Of a stretch of 64,000 bases of DNA, positions 8,851 to 17,905 are shown one piece after another. Made by a program: the position numbers and the translations under genes. The notes beneath the pieces were generated by a model that was not told where the DNA came from, did no database searches, and worked only from the letters and a program-made list of their open reading frames with translations. Each line of letters opens with the position of its first letter. Position 1 is the stretch's first letter. Origin of the DNA: an uncultured virus (IMG/VR IMGVR_UViG_3300005680_000003). Its lineage: Duplodnaviria > Heunggongvirae > Uroviricota > Caudoviricetes. The stretch is taken from positions 1 through 64,000 of the IMG/VR virus record IMGVR_UViG_3300005680_000003. One strand, given 5' to 3'.

Positions 8851-9077
8851 GGCTTCCCGTCTCCGGTGATGGCGGCGAGCAGTTGGCGGCCTGTGTGCTC
8901 GGGTTGGTCCAGCCAGCGCAGGACGTCTGAGAGGCCCGACCGGACGATCCGATGGGCGGCCTCTTGGATCTCGCTGTCGGTCACCCCGACCACCAGGCGG
9001 GAGCCATTGACGACGACCATGAGGCCGTCGGGTACCAACGTGGAGGTGTGCAGTGTGAGCCCCGCGAAACCGGTCAT
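8847..9077 (-). CDS. Small hypothetical protein
   Basis: Coupled ORF within the operon. Confidence 0.55.
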   Translation of the reverse strand: MTGFAGLTLHTSTLVPDGLMVVVNGSRLVVGVTDSEIQEAAHRIVRSGLSDVLRWLDQPEHTGRQLLAAITGDGKP

Positions 9078-9898
9078 GCCGCGGCCGTTCTGCGGCGGCG
9101 CCTGCGTGTGGTCAGCGGCGTCGACACGAGCCCTTCCCGAATGTTGTTCTCGTTCAACGCGTCAGCGATGTCCGCGCGGCCGGCGCGACGAATCGCTGCC
9201 CTCAGCGTGTCCCTCCTGAGCCCGAGGCGGTTGCACAGTTCAGCAGTGGTCATCTTCCACACCATGACCAGCTCAGCGACGTCGTCGAGGTCGACCTGCT
9301 CGCCGCGGCGGACACAGTCGTGGGGAACGGCGTCCGGGTCGTCGAGGGTGTCCTCGTCCCACGCCAGGGGCGGGGCGTGCCCGGCTCGGGCGGCACGTGC
9401 CCTGGCGACCTCGGATGGCCCAGGCGTCGACCACAGTTCGTCGTACACCCTCACGGCCGCAGAGTGTTTCCACTGTTCGATCATCGTGCCGGGACGGCTC
9501 AGGGCCACGCCGGATTGGTACCCCAGGCGTGGGGTCAGATCCTGGTGTCGCCATCCGATGGCCAGCAGCGCTCTGATCCGGCGTCGTGTCCCTACGGCCG
9601 GGACCAGCCCCGCCTGGTCGGGCCGGTCGAGCAGCATGGCCGGCTGCACCGCGAGGATCTTCGTCGCGGTGCTGCGCCTGACGGTGACGTAGGTTCCGCG
9701 GGCCAATCGCGACACGGACGCTGGACTGATCCCCGTGACAGCGCCGATACCGCGGACGGTGAACCCTGCGGCCATGAGCTCTTCCAGGTGTTTGCGGGTG
9801 GCCGTTGGGTCGATCTGGCGGGGCGTGTTACGGGCATGGTCCAGACGCCAACGCTTGGCGTAGGTCGGGTCCTGTGTGGCCCTGGTGTTGGCGTGCAT
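9074..9898 (-). CDS. HTH DNA-binding protein typical of actinophages
   Basis: HLEELMAAGFTVRGIGAVTGISPASVSRL; GTRRRIRAL.AIGW; PPLAWDEDTLDDP. Confidence 0.7.
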   Translation of the reverse strand: MHANTRATQDPTYAKRWRLDHARNTPRQIDPTATRKHLEELMAAGFTVRGIGAVTGISPASVSRLARGTYVTVRRSTATKILAVQPAMLLDRPDQAGLVPAVGTRRRIRALLAIGWRHQDLTPRLGYQSGVALSRPGTMIEQWKHSAAVRVYDELWSTPGPSEVARARAARAGHAPPLAWDEDTLDDPDAVPHDCVRRGEQVDLDDVAELVMVWKMTTAELCNRLGLRRDTLRAAIRRAGRADIADALNENNIREGLVSTPLTTRRRRRRTAAA

Positions 9899-9915
9899 GG
9901 GGTGTCCGGTCCCTT

Positions 9916-11349
9916 TCAGTCTTGGGGGTAGAGGCCGAAGACGGTGCTGGGGATGTGCTGGTTCGCTGGGCGGCCCATGTCGGAGGCCATGTCCACGAAC
10001 CGGGAGTGGTGGCCCTGGAACGCGACCGTGACGGTGTCGGTCGGACCGTTGCGGTGCTTGGCCACGATCAGGTCGGCCTCACCGGCGCGGGGGGTTTCCT
10101 TGTCGTACATGTCCTCCCGGTAGACCAGGATCACTACATCGGCGTCCTGTTCGATCGAGCCTGACTCGCGCAGGTCGGCCAGCATGGGCCGCTTGTCGTT
10201 GCGCATCTCCGGGCCCCGGTTCAGCTGGGAGAGAGCGACGACCGGAACCTCGAGCTTCTTCGCGGCCAGCTTCAGGGCCCGGGAGAACTGGCTGACTTCC
10301 TGCTGGCGGGACTCGACCCGCCGCCCAGAGGACATCAGCTGCAGGTAGTCGACGACGACCAGGCCGAGGCCGTGCTGGGCCCTCAACCTCATGCACCGCG
10401 CCATGATCGCGGCGGGTGTGACGGCCGGGTCGTCGTCCAACCACAGGGGGGCCTCTTCGATCGACGGCCACACCTGCGAGTACCGGTCCCAGTCCCGGTC
10501 GGTCATCCGGCCGGTACGCAGGTTCTGCAACGGGATCCGGCCCTGCGCGGAGATCAGTCGCAGCATCGTCTCCGAGTTCGGCATCTCCAGTCCGAACACT
10601 GCCGTGGGCACCTTGTGGCCAAGTGCGGCTGACCGCGCCAGGTCGAGGGCGAGGGCGCTCTTGCCCGATGCCGGCCTGCCAGCAATGATGATCAGCTGGC
10701 CAGGGTGCAGCCCCGAGGTGAGCCGGTCCAAGTCGGCGAACCCGGTAGGCACGCCCCGGATCTCACCGGTCGCCTTCGCGTACTCCTCGAGCATGTCGGT
10801 CGTCGCGGTCAAGGCGTCCGCGGCACGGACCAGGCCGGCGCCACCCGAGGACGGGTCGAGGTCTGCGACCTCAGCCTGAGCTGCGGCCACCATCGCCGCG
10901 ACCTCCCCGCCGTCGGTCGCATACCCCAACTGTGTGATCTTGGTGCCGGCCTGCACCAGTCGACGCAGCACGGCCCGCTCGTGCACGATCCGCGCGTAGT
11001 ACCCGGCGTTGGCTGTCGTCGGGACCGACTCGAGCAGGTCGTGCAGAGCGGTCGCGCCACCGACCCGGTTCAGGTCGCCGGCCTCACGCAGTTCCCCGGC
11101 AACGGTGACCGCGTCGATCGGGTCCCCCGCGGCGTACATGGCGAGCATGGCCCGCAGCACCGTCTCGTGCCTGGGTACGTAGAAGTCACCGGGATCCAGG
11201 GTGGCTGCCAGTTCATGCAGGACCGCTCCCCGGGACAGCAGGATCGCGCCGAGGACTGACTGCTCCGCGGCCAGGTCGTGCGGCAGTGCCCGGGCGTCAC
11301 GGCCAGCGTGCGGGCCCTCAGTCCGCGGTGGCTCGTCGTCGTGGGTCAC
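9916..11349 (-). CDS. dnaB: Replicative DNA helicase
   Basis: PHDLAAEQSVLG, GRPASGKS, VVVDYLQL, ALSQLNR, DLRESGSIEQDAD, KHRNGPT; no intein. Confidence 0.97.
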   Translation of the reverse strand: MTHDDEPPRTEGPHAGRDARALPHDLAAEQSVLGAILLSRGAVLHELAATLDPGDFYVPRHETVLRAMLAMYAAGDPIDAVTVAGELREAGDLNRVGGATALHDLLESVPTTANAGYYARIVHERAVLRRLVQAGTKITQLGYATDGGEVAAMVAAAQAEVADLDPSSGGAGLVRAADALTATTDMLEEYAKATGEIRGVPTGFADLDRLTSGLHPGQLIIIAGRPASGKSALALDLARSAALGHKVPTAVFGLEMPNSETMLRLISAQGRIPLQNLRTGRMTDRDWDRYSQVWPSIEEAPLWLDDDPAVTPAAIMARCMRLRAQHGLGLVVVDYLQLMSSGRRVESRQQEVSQFSRALKLAAKKLEVPVVALSQLNRGPEMRNDKRPMLADLRESGSIEQDADVVILVYREDMYDKETPRAGEADLIVAKHRNGPTDTVTVAFQGHHSRFVDMASDMGRPANQHIPSTVFGLYPQD

Positions 11350-11717
11350 TGAGGGCCGGCCGTGATAGCGAGGGCGTCGGTGACGGCGGTTCCGGCGAGG
11401 ACGGCAGCGCGGCGGGCCCGGAGCACCTCGAGGTAACGGTGGACGTCGACGTTGGGGTCGACGTCCGCCATCAGCTCGTCGTCGCGGACCCGGTCCAGGC
11501 GGTCAGCCCGGATGGCCAGGATGGCTCGGCGGATGTCGGCTGGCATGGCCCGCTGGTCGCTGTGCTCGGTGTACCAGGCGGTGACGGCGCGCAGCGCGTC
11601 CTGCACGTCGAACGGGCCGAGCACCTCATGCCAGGCTGCGGCGTCGCCGTCCCCGACGGTGCGCTGGTCGAACGCCGCGCACTTGGTCAGGACGTCCACG
11701 GTGTCTTCGAAGTTCAC
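11346..11717 (-). CDS. Putative helicase loader/inhibitor (G39P-like)
   Basis: GTG start; AFDQRTVG..D..AW..VL...; lies between rep and dnaB. Confidence 0.6.
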   Translation of the reverse strand: MNFEDTVDVLTKCAAFDQRTVGDGDAAAWHEVLGPFDVQDALRAVTAWYTEHSDQRAMPADIRRAILAIRADRLDRVRDDELMADVDPNVDVHRYLEVLRARRAAVLAGTAVTDALAITAGPQ

Positions 11718-12700
11718 GTCCGGTCTCCTGTGGTCAGTGGTCGCTGATCGGTCTGTTGCCTGGCCCTGAATCGGTCCTTCACGGCCTGGGCCTGCGCCAT
11801 GCGCTGATCGGTGGTCGAGAGGCGGGCACCGTTGGCCGAGCCGTTGACCGGACCGGTGGTGGCCCGGCGGGGCGGGCAGGGGTCGTCCTCCCACCCGCCG
11901 CGGGCGAGCCACGTCGACGGGTGGGGTCGGTAGTTCTCCTCCGGCAGGTTCGGGTCGTCCCGGTACCTGCGGGCGCCGGCAAGGATGACCGCGATGGGGG
12001 TGTCGCGCCGCTTGCGGTCCCACACCTTGCGCGCGTTCTGCTTGCCGACCTTGCGGGGGTAGGCGGCCCAGAACTCGGCGAAGTGGTCCTCGAGGGTCTG
12101 CCGGGTCGTCTCGCTGACCCCCGAGCCGTCAGGCTCGGGGATGAGGGTCTCTCTCGTTCCTTGGCTCTCGTTAAGTGGTTCTAGTTCTTTGCCGCTGCCG
12201 CACCCATGCCCATACCCTTGCCGCACCGGTGCCCATACCGTGTCCGCACCGGTGCCCCCACCCGTATGGGCATCAGTGCCCATACCCGCACCGGTGCCCA
12301 TACCCGTACCCGCATCCATGCCCATACCCCCTGGGGTGGGGGCATTCGTGCCCCCAGGGGTATGGGCACCAGTGCCCATACCTGCGGCCTGCTGGTTTGT
12401 CTCCCGAGGAGGCGTCAACCGGAACGTGCTGGCCACGAGCACGCCGCTGTCGTTCCGGCGATTGGTGACTTCGAGCAGACCCGCCTTCACCAGATCCGCC
12501 ACAGCCCGGTCAACGGTGTCCCGCGACTTGCCGACAGCCTTGGCCAGCGTCGAGCGCAGCAGGGTCGCCTCGAGCGTCTGCAGGTCGGCATAGGAGGCGA
12601 TCACGGCGTACAGCAGTCGCGCGACGACCGTGAGCCCAGAGTCCCGGATCACCTCCGTCGACACCTTCACCCAAGGCAGCTGATCCACGATGCGCCTCAA
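11714..12700 (-). CDS. Phage replication initiator (N-terminal winged HTH, internal iterons)
   Basis: RSTLAKAVGKSRDTVDRAVADLVKAGLL; FAEFWAAYPRKVGK...HPSTWL..GGWED C-terminal domain. Confidence 0.85.
   Translation of the reverse strand: MRRIVDQLPWVKVSTEVIRDSGLTVVARLLYAVIASYADLQTLEATLLRSTLAKAVGKSRDTVDRAVADLVKAGLLEVTNRRNDSGVLVASTFRLTPPRETNQQAAGMGTGAHTPGGTNAPTPGGMGMDAGTGMGTGAGMGTDAHTGGGTGADTVWAPVRQGYGHGCGSGKELEPLNESQGTRETLIPEPDGSGVSETTRQTLEDHFAEFWAAYPRKVGKQNARKVWDRKRRDTPIAVILAGARRYRDDPNLPEENYRPHPSTWLARGGWEDDPCPPRRATTGPVNGSANGARLSTTDQRMAQAQAVKDRFRARQQTDQRPLTTGDRT
12200..12383. repeat. Eight iteron-like 18-mers (consensus GCAYCRGTGCCCATACCC); probable replication origin
   Basis: Copies start at 12200, 12223, 12246, 12270, 12288, 12312, 12342 and 12366; AT-richer tract adjacent at about 12165-12190. 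Confidence 0.8.
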
Positions 12701-12996
12701 GCCGTCGCACGGCCAGGGCCGGAGAGGTGGAGCAGGTACCGGTTAGATGCCCGGGCATGCGGCTGCGTCCAGGACACCAGGCCGCGGCCGCGGAGCATCT
12801 GCAGGTTGCGGTGCACAGTGCGGATCGTCAGGTCTGTCTCGGCGGCCAGCTCCGGCAGCGACACCGCCACGACGCCGTCTGTGTTGGCGTGCCGTGCAAG
12901 GCAGACCAGGACCACCTTCGCGGACCCTGACCCGCACGGCTGCTGCCATGCCCACTCGAGCGGGCTCGTGGATGTCGTTGCGGTCGTTAGACTCAC
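12697..12996 (-). CDS. HTH_36-like winged-helix protein
   Basis: WAW.Q...GSAKVVLVCLA.HAN.DG...SLPELAAETDLTIRTVHRNL..L...GLV. Confidence 0.75.
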   Translation of the reverse strand: MSLTTATTSTSPLEWAWQQPCGSGSAKVVLVCLARHANTDGVVAVSLPELAAETDLTIRTVHRNLQMLRGRGLVSWTQPHARASNRYLLHLSGPGRATA

Positions 12997-13090
12997 GTGG
13001 TGAGCCCCCCTTCCGGTTCGGCGGAGGTGGTGGGCCTCGGCCCCTGGCGCTTCTGTCCGGTCGCGCTGGGGGCCGACTATTCCGCCTAGC

Positions 13091-13107
13091 GTGCAGTCAC
13101 ACTAGAC
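13091..13107. promoter_or_regulatory. 17-bp operator-like site upstream of the replication genes
   Basis: GTGCAG-TCACA-CTAGAC; minus-strand TATGAT -10-like at 13123-13128. Confidence 0.55.
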
Positions 13108-13146
13108 GTCTTGACAAGTCCGATCATACTCGCGACACGCCGGGCA

Positions 13147-13185
13147 GCCGGGGGTGGACGGCGGGCCACCCCGCCCACCCCCGGC
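13147..13185 (-). terminator. Hairpin downstream of whiB
   Basis: GCCGGGGGTGG...CCACCCCCGGC, 11-bp stem. Confidence 0.5.
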
Positions 13186-13189
13186 GGGC

Positions 13190-13462
13190 TCAACAGCTCC
13201 CGGCGACGAACGCCGACCAACGGCCGCGCCGCTGGATGGACCGCTTCATCGCCTGCCGCTCGTCCTCGGACAGGCCACCCCAGACCCCCGCTGCCTGGCC
13301 CGTCCTGAGCGCCCACCGCCCGCATATGGCCGTCACAGGGCAGCGGCGACACACAGCCTTGGCCTCGTCGATCTGCCTCAACGCGGCACCGGTGTTGCCA
13401 ATGGGGAAGAACAGTTCGGGGTCCTCGTCCCGGCACTCAGCTTGGTGCCGCCAATCGTTCAC
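13190..13462 (-). CDS. whiB: WhiB family Fe-S transcription factor
   Basis: C..EDPELFFP...AKAVCRRCPV...C...GVWGGLSEDER. Confidence 0.95.
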   Translation of the reverse strand: MNDWRHQAECRDEDPELFFPIGNTGAALRQIDEAKAVCRRCPVTAICGRWALRTGQAAGVWGGLSEDERQAMKRSIQRRGRWSAFVAGSC

Positions 13463-14040
13463 GTCGCCCTCCTGCGGGGTCTGCGTCGGTGCCGCGTGGG
13501 CTCGGCGCCGGCCTGAGCCACCGCCAAAGCGGCCTGCTCGGTCAACCAGTTAGGGCCGGCGACATCCCACGCTGACCTTGCGTGCCGGATCACAGCGTTC
13601 TGCCCTGCCGGCCTGTGCCAGGACCGGTGCCGGTCTGCGTAACGTGCCTCGGTATCGGTGACGAGCGCCCGCGGGTAGGTCGACAGGGGCTTGTGCCCGT
13701 GCCCTGAAGGGCGGACCAGGACGGGCTGCGCCCACGGGTCGACCACGGTCACGACCCGCCGAACCCACCCCTCGGTGATGCCGAGGCCGATCAGGTCAGC
13801 CGGCCGGACGAACTCATACCCGACCGGTCCGACGACGCTCTCCACCCGCCACGTCACAGGGTCAGGGCCTCCGTGGGCCTCACGACTGGCGGCCTGCATC
13901 CCGGTCTCGACCGCGTCGAGGTATCCCGGCCACCCGTCACAGTCGTCCCGGTCGATGACGATGTGCCACCACAGGTCCGCGGAGGACCGGACCACGATCC
14001 CGGTCCACCGCGCACCGGGGTCCACCCCGATCGTCGTCAC
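13459..14040 (-). CDS. RuvC-like (RNase H fold) Holliday junction resolvase
   Basis: GTG start; TIGVDPGARWTGIVV, RVESV, HARSAWDVA. Confidence 0.65.
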   Translation of the reverse strand: MTTIGVDPGARWTGIVVRSSADLWWHIVIDRDDCDGWPGYLDAVETGMQAASREAHGGPDPVTWRVESVVGPVGYEFVRPADLIGLGITEGWVRRVVTVVDPWAQPVLVRPSGHGHKPLSTYPRALVTDTEARYADRHRSWHRPAGQNAVIRHARSAWDVAGPNWLTEQAALAVAQAGAEPTRHRRRPRRRAT

Positions 14041-14119
14041 TGGGTCACGTCCATCAGGACTTGTCGTTGGACAAGCCGTACAGCCTGACTGGACACCTCG
14101 GGCATGCCGACGGCGGCGG

Positions 14120-15004
14120 TCACTGCTCACCGAACCCCGGGTCATTGGTCGGGTCGTACTCGCTGGGCTCCACGATGCCCTCCACCGGGCCGCCAGCCTC
14201 GGCGGGCTCGGGATGCTGGGACGCCTCGATCGCGGGCACATCCGGGGACGCATCGACGCGCACGGTCCCGTCAACCTCGATCGCCGTGGCCAGTGCCGTG
14301 GACTTCGCTACCCACTTGTGCAGGTAGCGGACGGTCGTCTTGACGGCCATCGCCTCGAACTCCGGGGAGTCCTCTGGCTTCGCCCACGGCCCGACGATCC
14401 GGCCCTCCCGGTTCTTCGGGGCGTACAGGTCGCGGTGCCGGCATGCGTCGGCGTGACTCATCCAGAAGAAGATGTGGCCGTCGTTGGCGGTCTTGAGGAC
14501 CGCGTAGTAGGCGATCGCCTTCCCACGGGGCCCGTCGAGCAGGGGCCGGTGCACGATCCGGTCCTCGGTCCCCAACTGGACGTCCCACTCCAGGTCGTTC
14601 TCGTACACGGTGCGGCCGACGATCGATCGGGTCAGCGGCGACCGGTACGCGAGCTCGATCATCCCCTGGTACCCGAGCACGAACTGCGCTTTGTACGTCC
14701 GCGACTTGCCGTCGTAGAACGGCAGCGGCCAGCACTGCCCGAGGACACCTGGCCGCAGGCCCAACTGCGCGGCCGTCATCAACGCACCGAGCACAGTCGC
14801 CGGCTCGCACCGGTCGAGGTTGGGGATGGTCCGCAGGCAGGTCTGTGCGTCCCGGACCAGCTGCACGGCCTCGACGCCGCGGGGTGCCGCCCTCTCGAAC
14901 GCGCCCTGCATCCGCTCGATCAGCGAGGGCAGCGATTCCGGTCCGGGTCGGGTGGCGACGTCCTGCCTGCCCGTCTGCCCTGCTCGCGTACGAAGGTTGC
15001 TCAT
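14120..15004 (-). CDS. recT: RecT single-strand annealing protein
   Basis: MTAAQLGLRPG.LGQCWPLPF, AQFVLGYQGMIELAYRS, FEAMAVKT. Confidence 0.95.
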   Translation of the reverse strand: MSNLRTRAGQTGRQDVATRPGPESLPSLIERMQGAFERAAPRGVEAVQLVRDAQTCLRTIPNLDRCEPATVLGALMTAAQLGLRPGVLGQCWPLPFYDGKSRTYKAQFVLGYQGMIELAYRSPLTRSIVGRTVYENDLEWDVQLGTEDRIVHRPLLDGPRGKAIAYYAVLKTANDGHIFFWMSHADACRHRDLYAPKNREGRIVGPWAKPEDSPEFEAMAVKTTVRYLHKWVAKSTALATAIEVDGTVRVDASPDVPAIEASQHPEPAEAGGPVEGIVEPSEYDPTNDPGFGEQ

Positions 15005-15046
15005 CGTTGGTGCTCCGTTCCGTTGTCCGGTCCCCTGGGTTGTTGC

Positions 15047-16057
15047 TCAGTTGGTGAGGGCGATCTGCCGCCACCGCGGTTCGGTCACTGCCCCTGCCGC
15101 TGTGACCCGCTCCCACAGTTCGGGGTCGGAGCGGAGCACCTTCGCGGACACGGTGGTTCGCGACCGTGGCAGGTAGGTCGCGACCAGCCTCTGGCCATCC
15201 TCGTCGTCGGCCAGGAGCCGGGCCGCGGCGCCCATCGCGTCGACCAACGCGACCCGCGCGACGTCTTTCGCTGCTACAGCGGCCTTCTCAGCGGCCGCCG
15301 CGTCCCGGTACGCCCCGACCAGGGCCGCAGCCTTGTCCGCGTCGATCACCGCGTCACCGGACCGGTCAGGGTGCAATGCGTCCAGGAGCCGGCCGAGGGC
15401 AGGCGTCGGGTCGACGTCGGGCATCACGTGCCGCTCGATGCACGCCCACACCCGCTCGACCTGCTCGACGACGAACGCGATCACCTCGGCGTCCTCGGCG
15501 GCGTCCACGCGAAACTCGACCAGCCGCTGCCCACCGATCAGGCACGCGATGTGCATGTGTGGCAGCCCCGTCACGTGCAGCTGCCACAACACCTGGGCGA
15601 GGACGTCGTCGGGGATGTCGTCCCGCCAGGACCCTGCGACGAACGCTGACCGGGTCTTCACCTCGAGGCCACACACCCCGGCCCCGTCCCCGTCAGGGCA
15701 CACCTCCACCAACCGGTCGAGGGACGCGAGGTGATGTCGGACGCCCACACGGGCCAGGATCCCGACCGGGTTCACCGTCACGGCGTGGCGCTGCGCCCAC
15801 ACCTGCGCGACTGGCTCCTCGAGGACGGTGCCCCACAGTGCAGCCTCGTTCTCGTCCTGTCCGAGGTCGGGCAGGGCGCCGTGCTTGTCGAGGTAGACGT
15901 GCCGGGCCGTCGTGTACCTCGAGTCTCCGGTGATCGCCGGCACGTCGGTCGCGGTGATCCCGCTGCGACGGACGGCGAACCACTCCTCGGTGTGCGGTGG
16001 CCCGTCGTACACCAGCACCCCGGTCGGGGTCACGAGGCCCAGAGCCGCGGTGATCAC
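15047..16057 (-). CDS. YqaJ-like recombination exonuclease (RecT partner)
   Basis: EEWFAVRRSGITATDV, WGTVLEEPVA, ASLDRLV, LEVKT, QVLWQLHVTG. Confidence 0.92.
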   Translation of the reverse strand: MITAALGLVTPTGVLVYDGPPHTEEWFAVRRSGITATDVPAITGDSRYTTARHVYLDKHGALPDLGQDENEAALWGTVLEEPVAQVWAQRHAVTVNPVGILARVGVRHHLASLDRLVEVCPDGDGAGVCGLEVKTRSAFVAGSWRDDIPDDVLAQVLWQLHVTGLPHMHIACLIGGQRLVEFRVDAAEDAEVIAFVVEQVERVWACIERHVMPDVDPTPALGRLLDALHPDRSGDAVIDADKAAALVGAYRDAAAAEKAAVAAKDVARVALVDAMGAAARLLADDEDGQRLVATYLPRSRTTVSAKVLRSDPELWERVTAAGAVTEPRWRQIALTN

Positions 16058-16452
16058 GAGTCGACCCTTGTCAGACCGTCCTGCCCGAGCAGATACGTCG
16101 CACCGCCATCGAGGCGGGTCTCGTGCACCCGGTAGGTCTTCTTCCCCGGGACACACGCCGTGATCACATCGGGTGGTTCGACGGTCCGCAGCGCGGCCGG
16201 CAGGCTCCCGGCCTGCGCGACGGCCTCGACCGCGACCAGCCACCGCTGCGTGACCTCAACGGCCTGCCGCAGCAGCCCACGGGGGATCAGCACCCGATTG
16301 GCGAACTCGATCATCGCTGCTGCCGACGCCTCAGCGTCGCGGACCAACCCGCCCCACGTCTCCATCGTGTACCGGTCCGGCTCCGGCTCGGGCGCACGGT
16401 GAAGGTCAGCGAGAACCTCCTCGTACACCGGGGCCTGGACGTCCGCGGTCAC
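16054..16452 (-). CDS. Hypothetical protein
   Basis: GTG start; coupled overlaps. Confidence 0.6.
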   Translation of the reverse strand: MTADVQAPVYEEVLADLHRAPEPEPDRYTMETWGGLVRDAEASAAAMIEFANRVLIPRGLLRQAVEVTQRWLVAVEAVAQAGSLPAALRTVEPPDVITACVPGKKTYRVHETRLDGGATYLLGQDGLTRVDS

Positions 16453-16874
16453 CGGTCGTCCCTGTCGGTGTGCACCGGGCACGGCACCATCTCGAGGCAG
16501 AACTGCCCCGGGCCGACGTCCCGCCGGCACCGCGGTACGTCAGCGGCGTCGACCAGCGCGGAGATCACTCGGTGAACCTGCAGCGGGTCCAGGGTCAGCG
16601 AGCACACCTCGTGGAGGTGGGGGTCCCCGAGCAGCAGGGTGAGGGCCCGGACTCGGTCATCGGCGGCCGACTCGAGTGTCGACAGCAGCGTGTGCGCCTT
16701 GCCGTCGGCGGCCAACGCGACCAGCCGTTGCAGCAGCAACGGTGACAGGTCGACCACGACGGTGGATTCCACGGTCGGGCCGTCGAGGAGCACACCCCGG
16801 GTCACTGACACCCCGAAGTCGACTGCTCCGACTCTGCGGGGCCAGGCCTGGGTGTCCGTGCGCTCCGCGCTCAT
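16449..16874 (-). CDS. Hypothetical protein
   Basis: ATG overlaps the xis-like stop; C-terminal C..C..CPVH. Confidence 0.6.
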   Translation of the reverse strand: MSAERTDTQAWPRRVGAVDFGVSVTRGVLLDGPTVESTVVVDLSPLLLQRLVALAADGKAHTLLSTLESAADDRVRALTLLLGDPHLHEVCSLTLDPLQVHRVISALVDAADVPRCRRDVGPGQFCLEMVPCPVHTDRDDR

Positions 16875-17095
16875 GCCGTCGTCTCCAACGACTCGATGTA
16901 GGCGCGCAGGTGGTCTGGCCTGATCCGCAACTGGGGGCGCTTCCGGCCCAGCCCTGCGTTCACGGCGGTCAGCCGACCCTGTGCGATCAGGTCGTAGACA
17001 GCTCGCTCGCTCTTGCGCAGCTTCGCCGCGACCTCGGGGACGGTGTAGAGCTCCACCGGGGGCTCGTCTGCGGGGATCACCCTGTGCAGGGCCAA
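16871..17095 (-). CDS. Excisionase/Cro-like HTH_17 protein
   Basis: LYTVPEVAAKLRKSERAVYDLIAQGRL.A.....RI....L.AYI; first gene of the early operon. Confidence 0.85.
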   Translation of the reverse strand: MALHRVIPADEPPVELYTVPEVAAKLRKSERAVYDLIAQGRLTAVNAGLGRKRPQLRIRPDHLRAYIESLETTA

Positions 17096-17274
17096 CGGTC
17101 CTCACTCCTCGATTCGATGGGTATGCCCGTTCCGGTGGTGAATGACCCGGATGGGTGATGTTGTTGGGGACGGGGCATGAGCGCGGAGTGACGCGCCACA
17201 CACCCAGATCACAGGGGCGACTGTCGGCTCACACCAGCCACCCTCTGCGGTACTCCCCCGAGGCCCTCGCGGCG

Positions 17275-17304
17275 AGCGTACCCTCAGGCTCTCAGCACCG
17301 TCAA
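17275..17304 (-). promoter_or_regulatory. Leftward housekeeping-sigma promoter of the early lytic operon
   Basis: Minus strand TTGACG-N18-TACGCT; the -35 is overlapped by the operator-like GTCAAC-GCTGA-TTAGAC at 17300-17316. Confidence 0.65.
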
Positions 17305-17357
17305 CGCTGATTAGACGCTAACTGCAACTATTTACCACTCGTTACGCGTGATTAGAC
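17300..17357. promoter_or_regulatory. Genetic-switch region with repeated TGATTAGAC (17308-17316 and 17349-17357)
   Basis: AT-rich island between the divergent xis-like and repressor genes. Confidence 0.6.
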
Positions 17358-17453
17358 TTGACGTGCAACGCTGCACCCCGACCGGAGTCGCCCCGCCCCC
17401 GTCAGGCCCAGACGAGAGGCGGCCCCTCCCCATGAGTCAGGACCGGACCCCGC

Positions 17454-17892
17454 ATGGACACACCGAACCTTGCCGAGCTGCTCCAGCTCGCGAAAGACAC
17501 CTACGGGTTGTCGCTCTCAGACATGGAAAAGTTGAGCGGCGGCGCCATCAGCCGTGGACGGATCGGCCAGATCCTGACATCTGGGATCGTCGACACCCCG
17601 ACCACCGCCGGCTTGTTTGCGTTGGCGAAGGCCGGCAGGCTCCCCGTCGCCGAGGTCTTCATGGCCAGCAGGCAGATCGATCGGCGTGCCGGTCGACGAA
17701 CCCCGCCCGCGGGTCGTCCGCATGATCGGGTCCGAGGCTGATGTCCTGACCACAGCCGACATCCGGCAGCTGATGCAGTACCTGCAGCTTCTGATCGACA
17801 ACCGGGTCAGGCAGACTGACGCCGCAGACACCGGCCCCATCCCGCTTGGGGTTACCAGGAAGGCCCGTCCTCGGAAGACGTCACGCCAGTAG
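17454..17892 (+). pseudogene. XRE-family immunity repressor interrupted by a +1 frameshift near 17667 (real mutation or sequencing error)
   Basis: N-terminal HTH (LSLSDMEKLSGGAISRGRIGQIL); removing A17667 gives ...EVFMAAGRSIGVPVDEPRPRVVRMIG... in GC3-rich codons up to TAG at 17892, just before int. Confidence 0.7.
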
Positions 17893-17905
17893 AGACAACG
17901 ATGAC

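Noticed and set aside
9916..11349. Intein in DnaB
   Set aside because: Normal length, uninterrupted motifs, no splicing blocks
12200..12383. CRISPR array
   Set aside because: Gaps between repeats are 0-12 bp and the repeats lie inside the rep CDS; fits iterons
13111..13130. Plus-strand promoter TTGACA...CATACT
   Set aside because: Spacer is only 8 bp and no plus-strand gene follows
13691..15649. Long plus-strand ORF (652 aa); likewise 22510-24192, 31365-33239 and 40349-42397
   Set aside because: Antisense shadows of well-supported minus-strand genes, expected at high GC; no recognisable motifs
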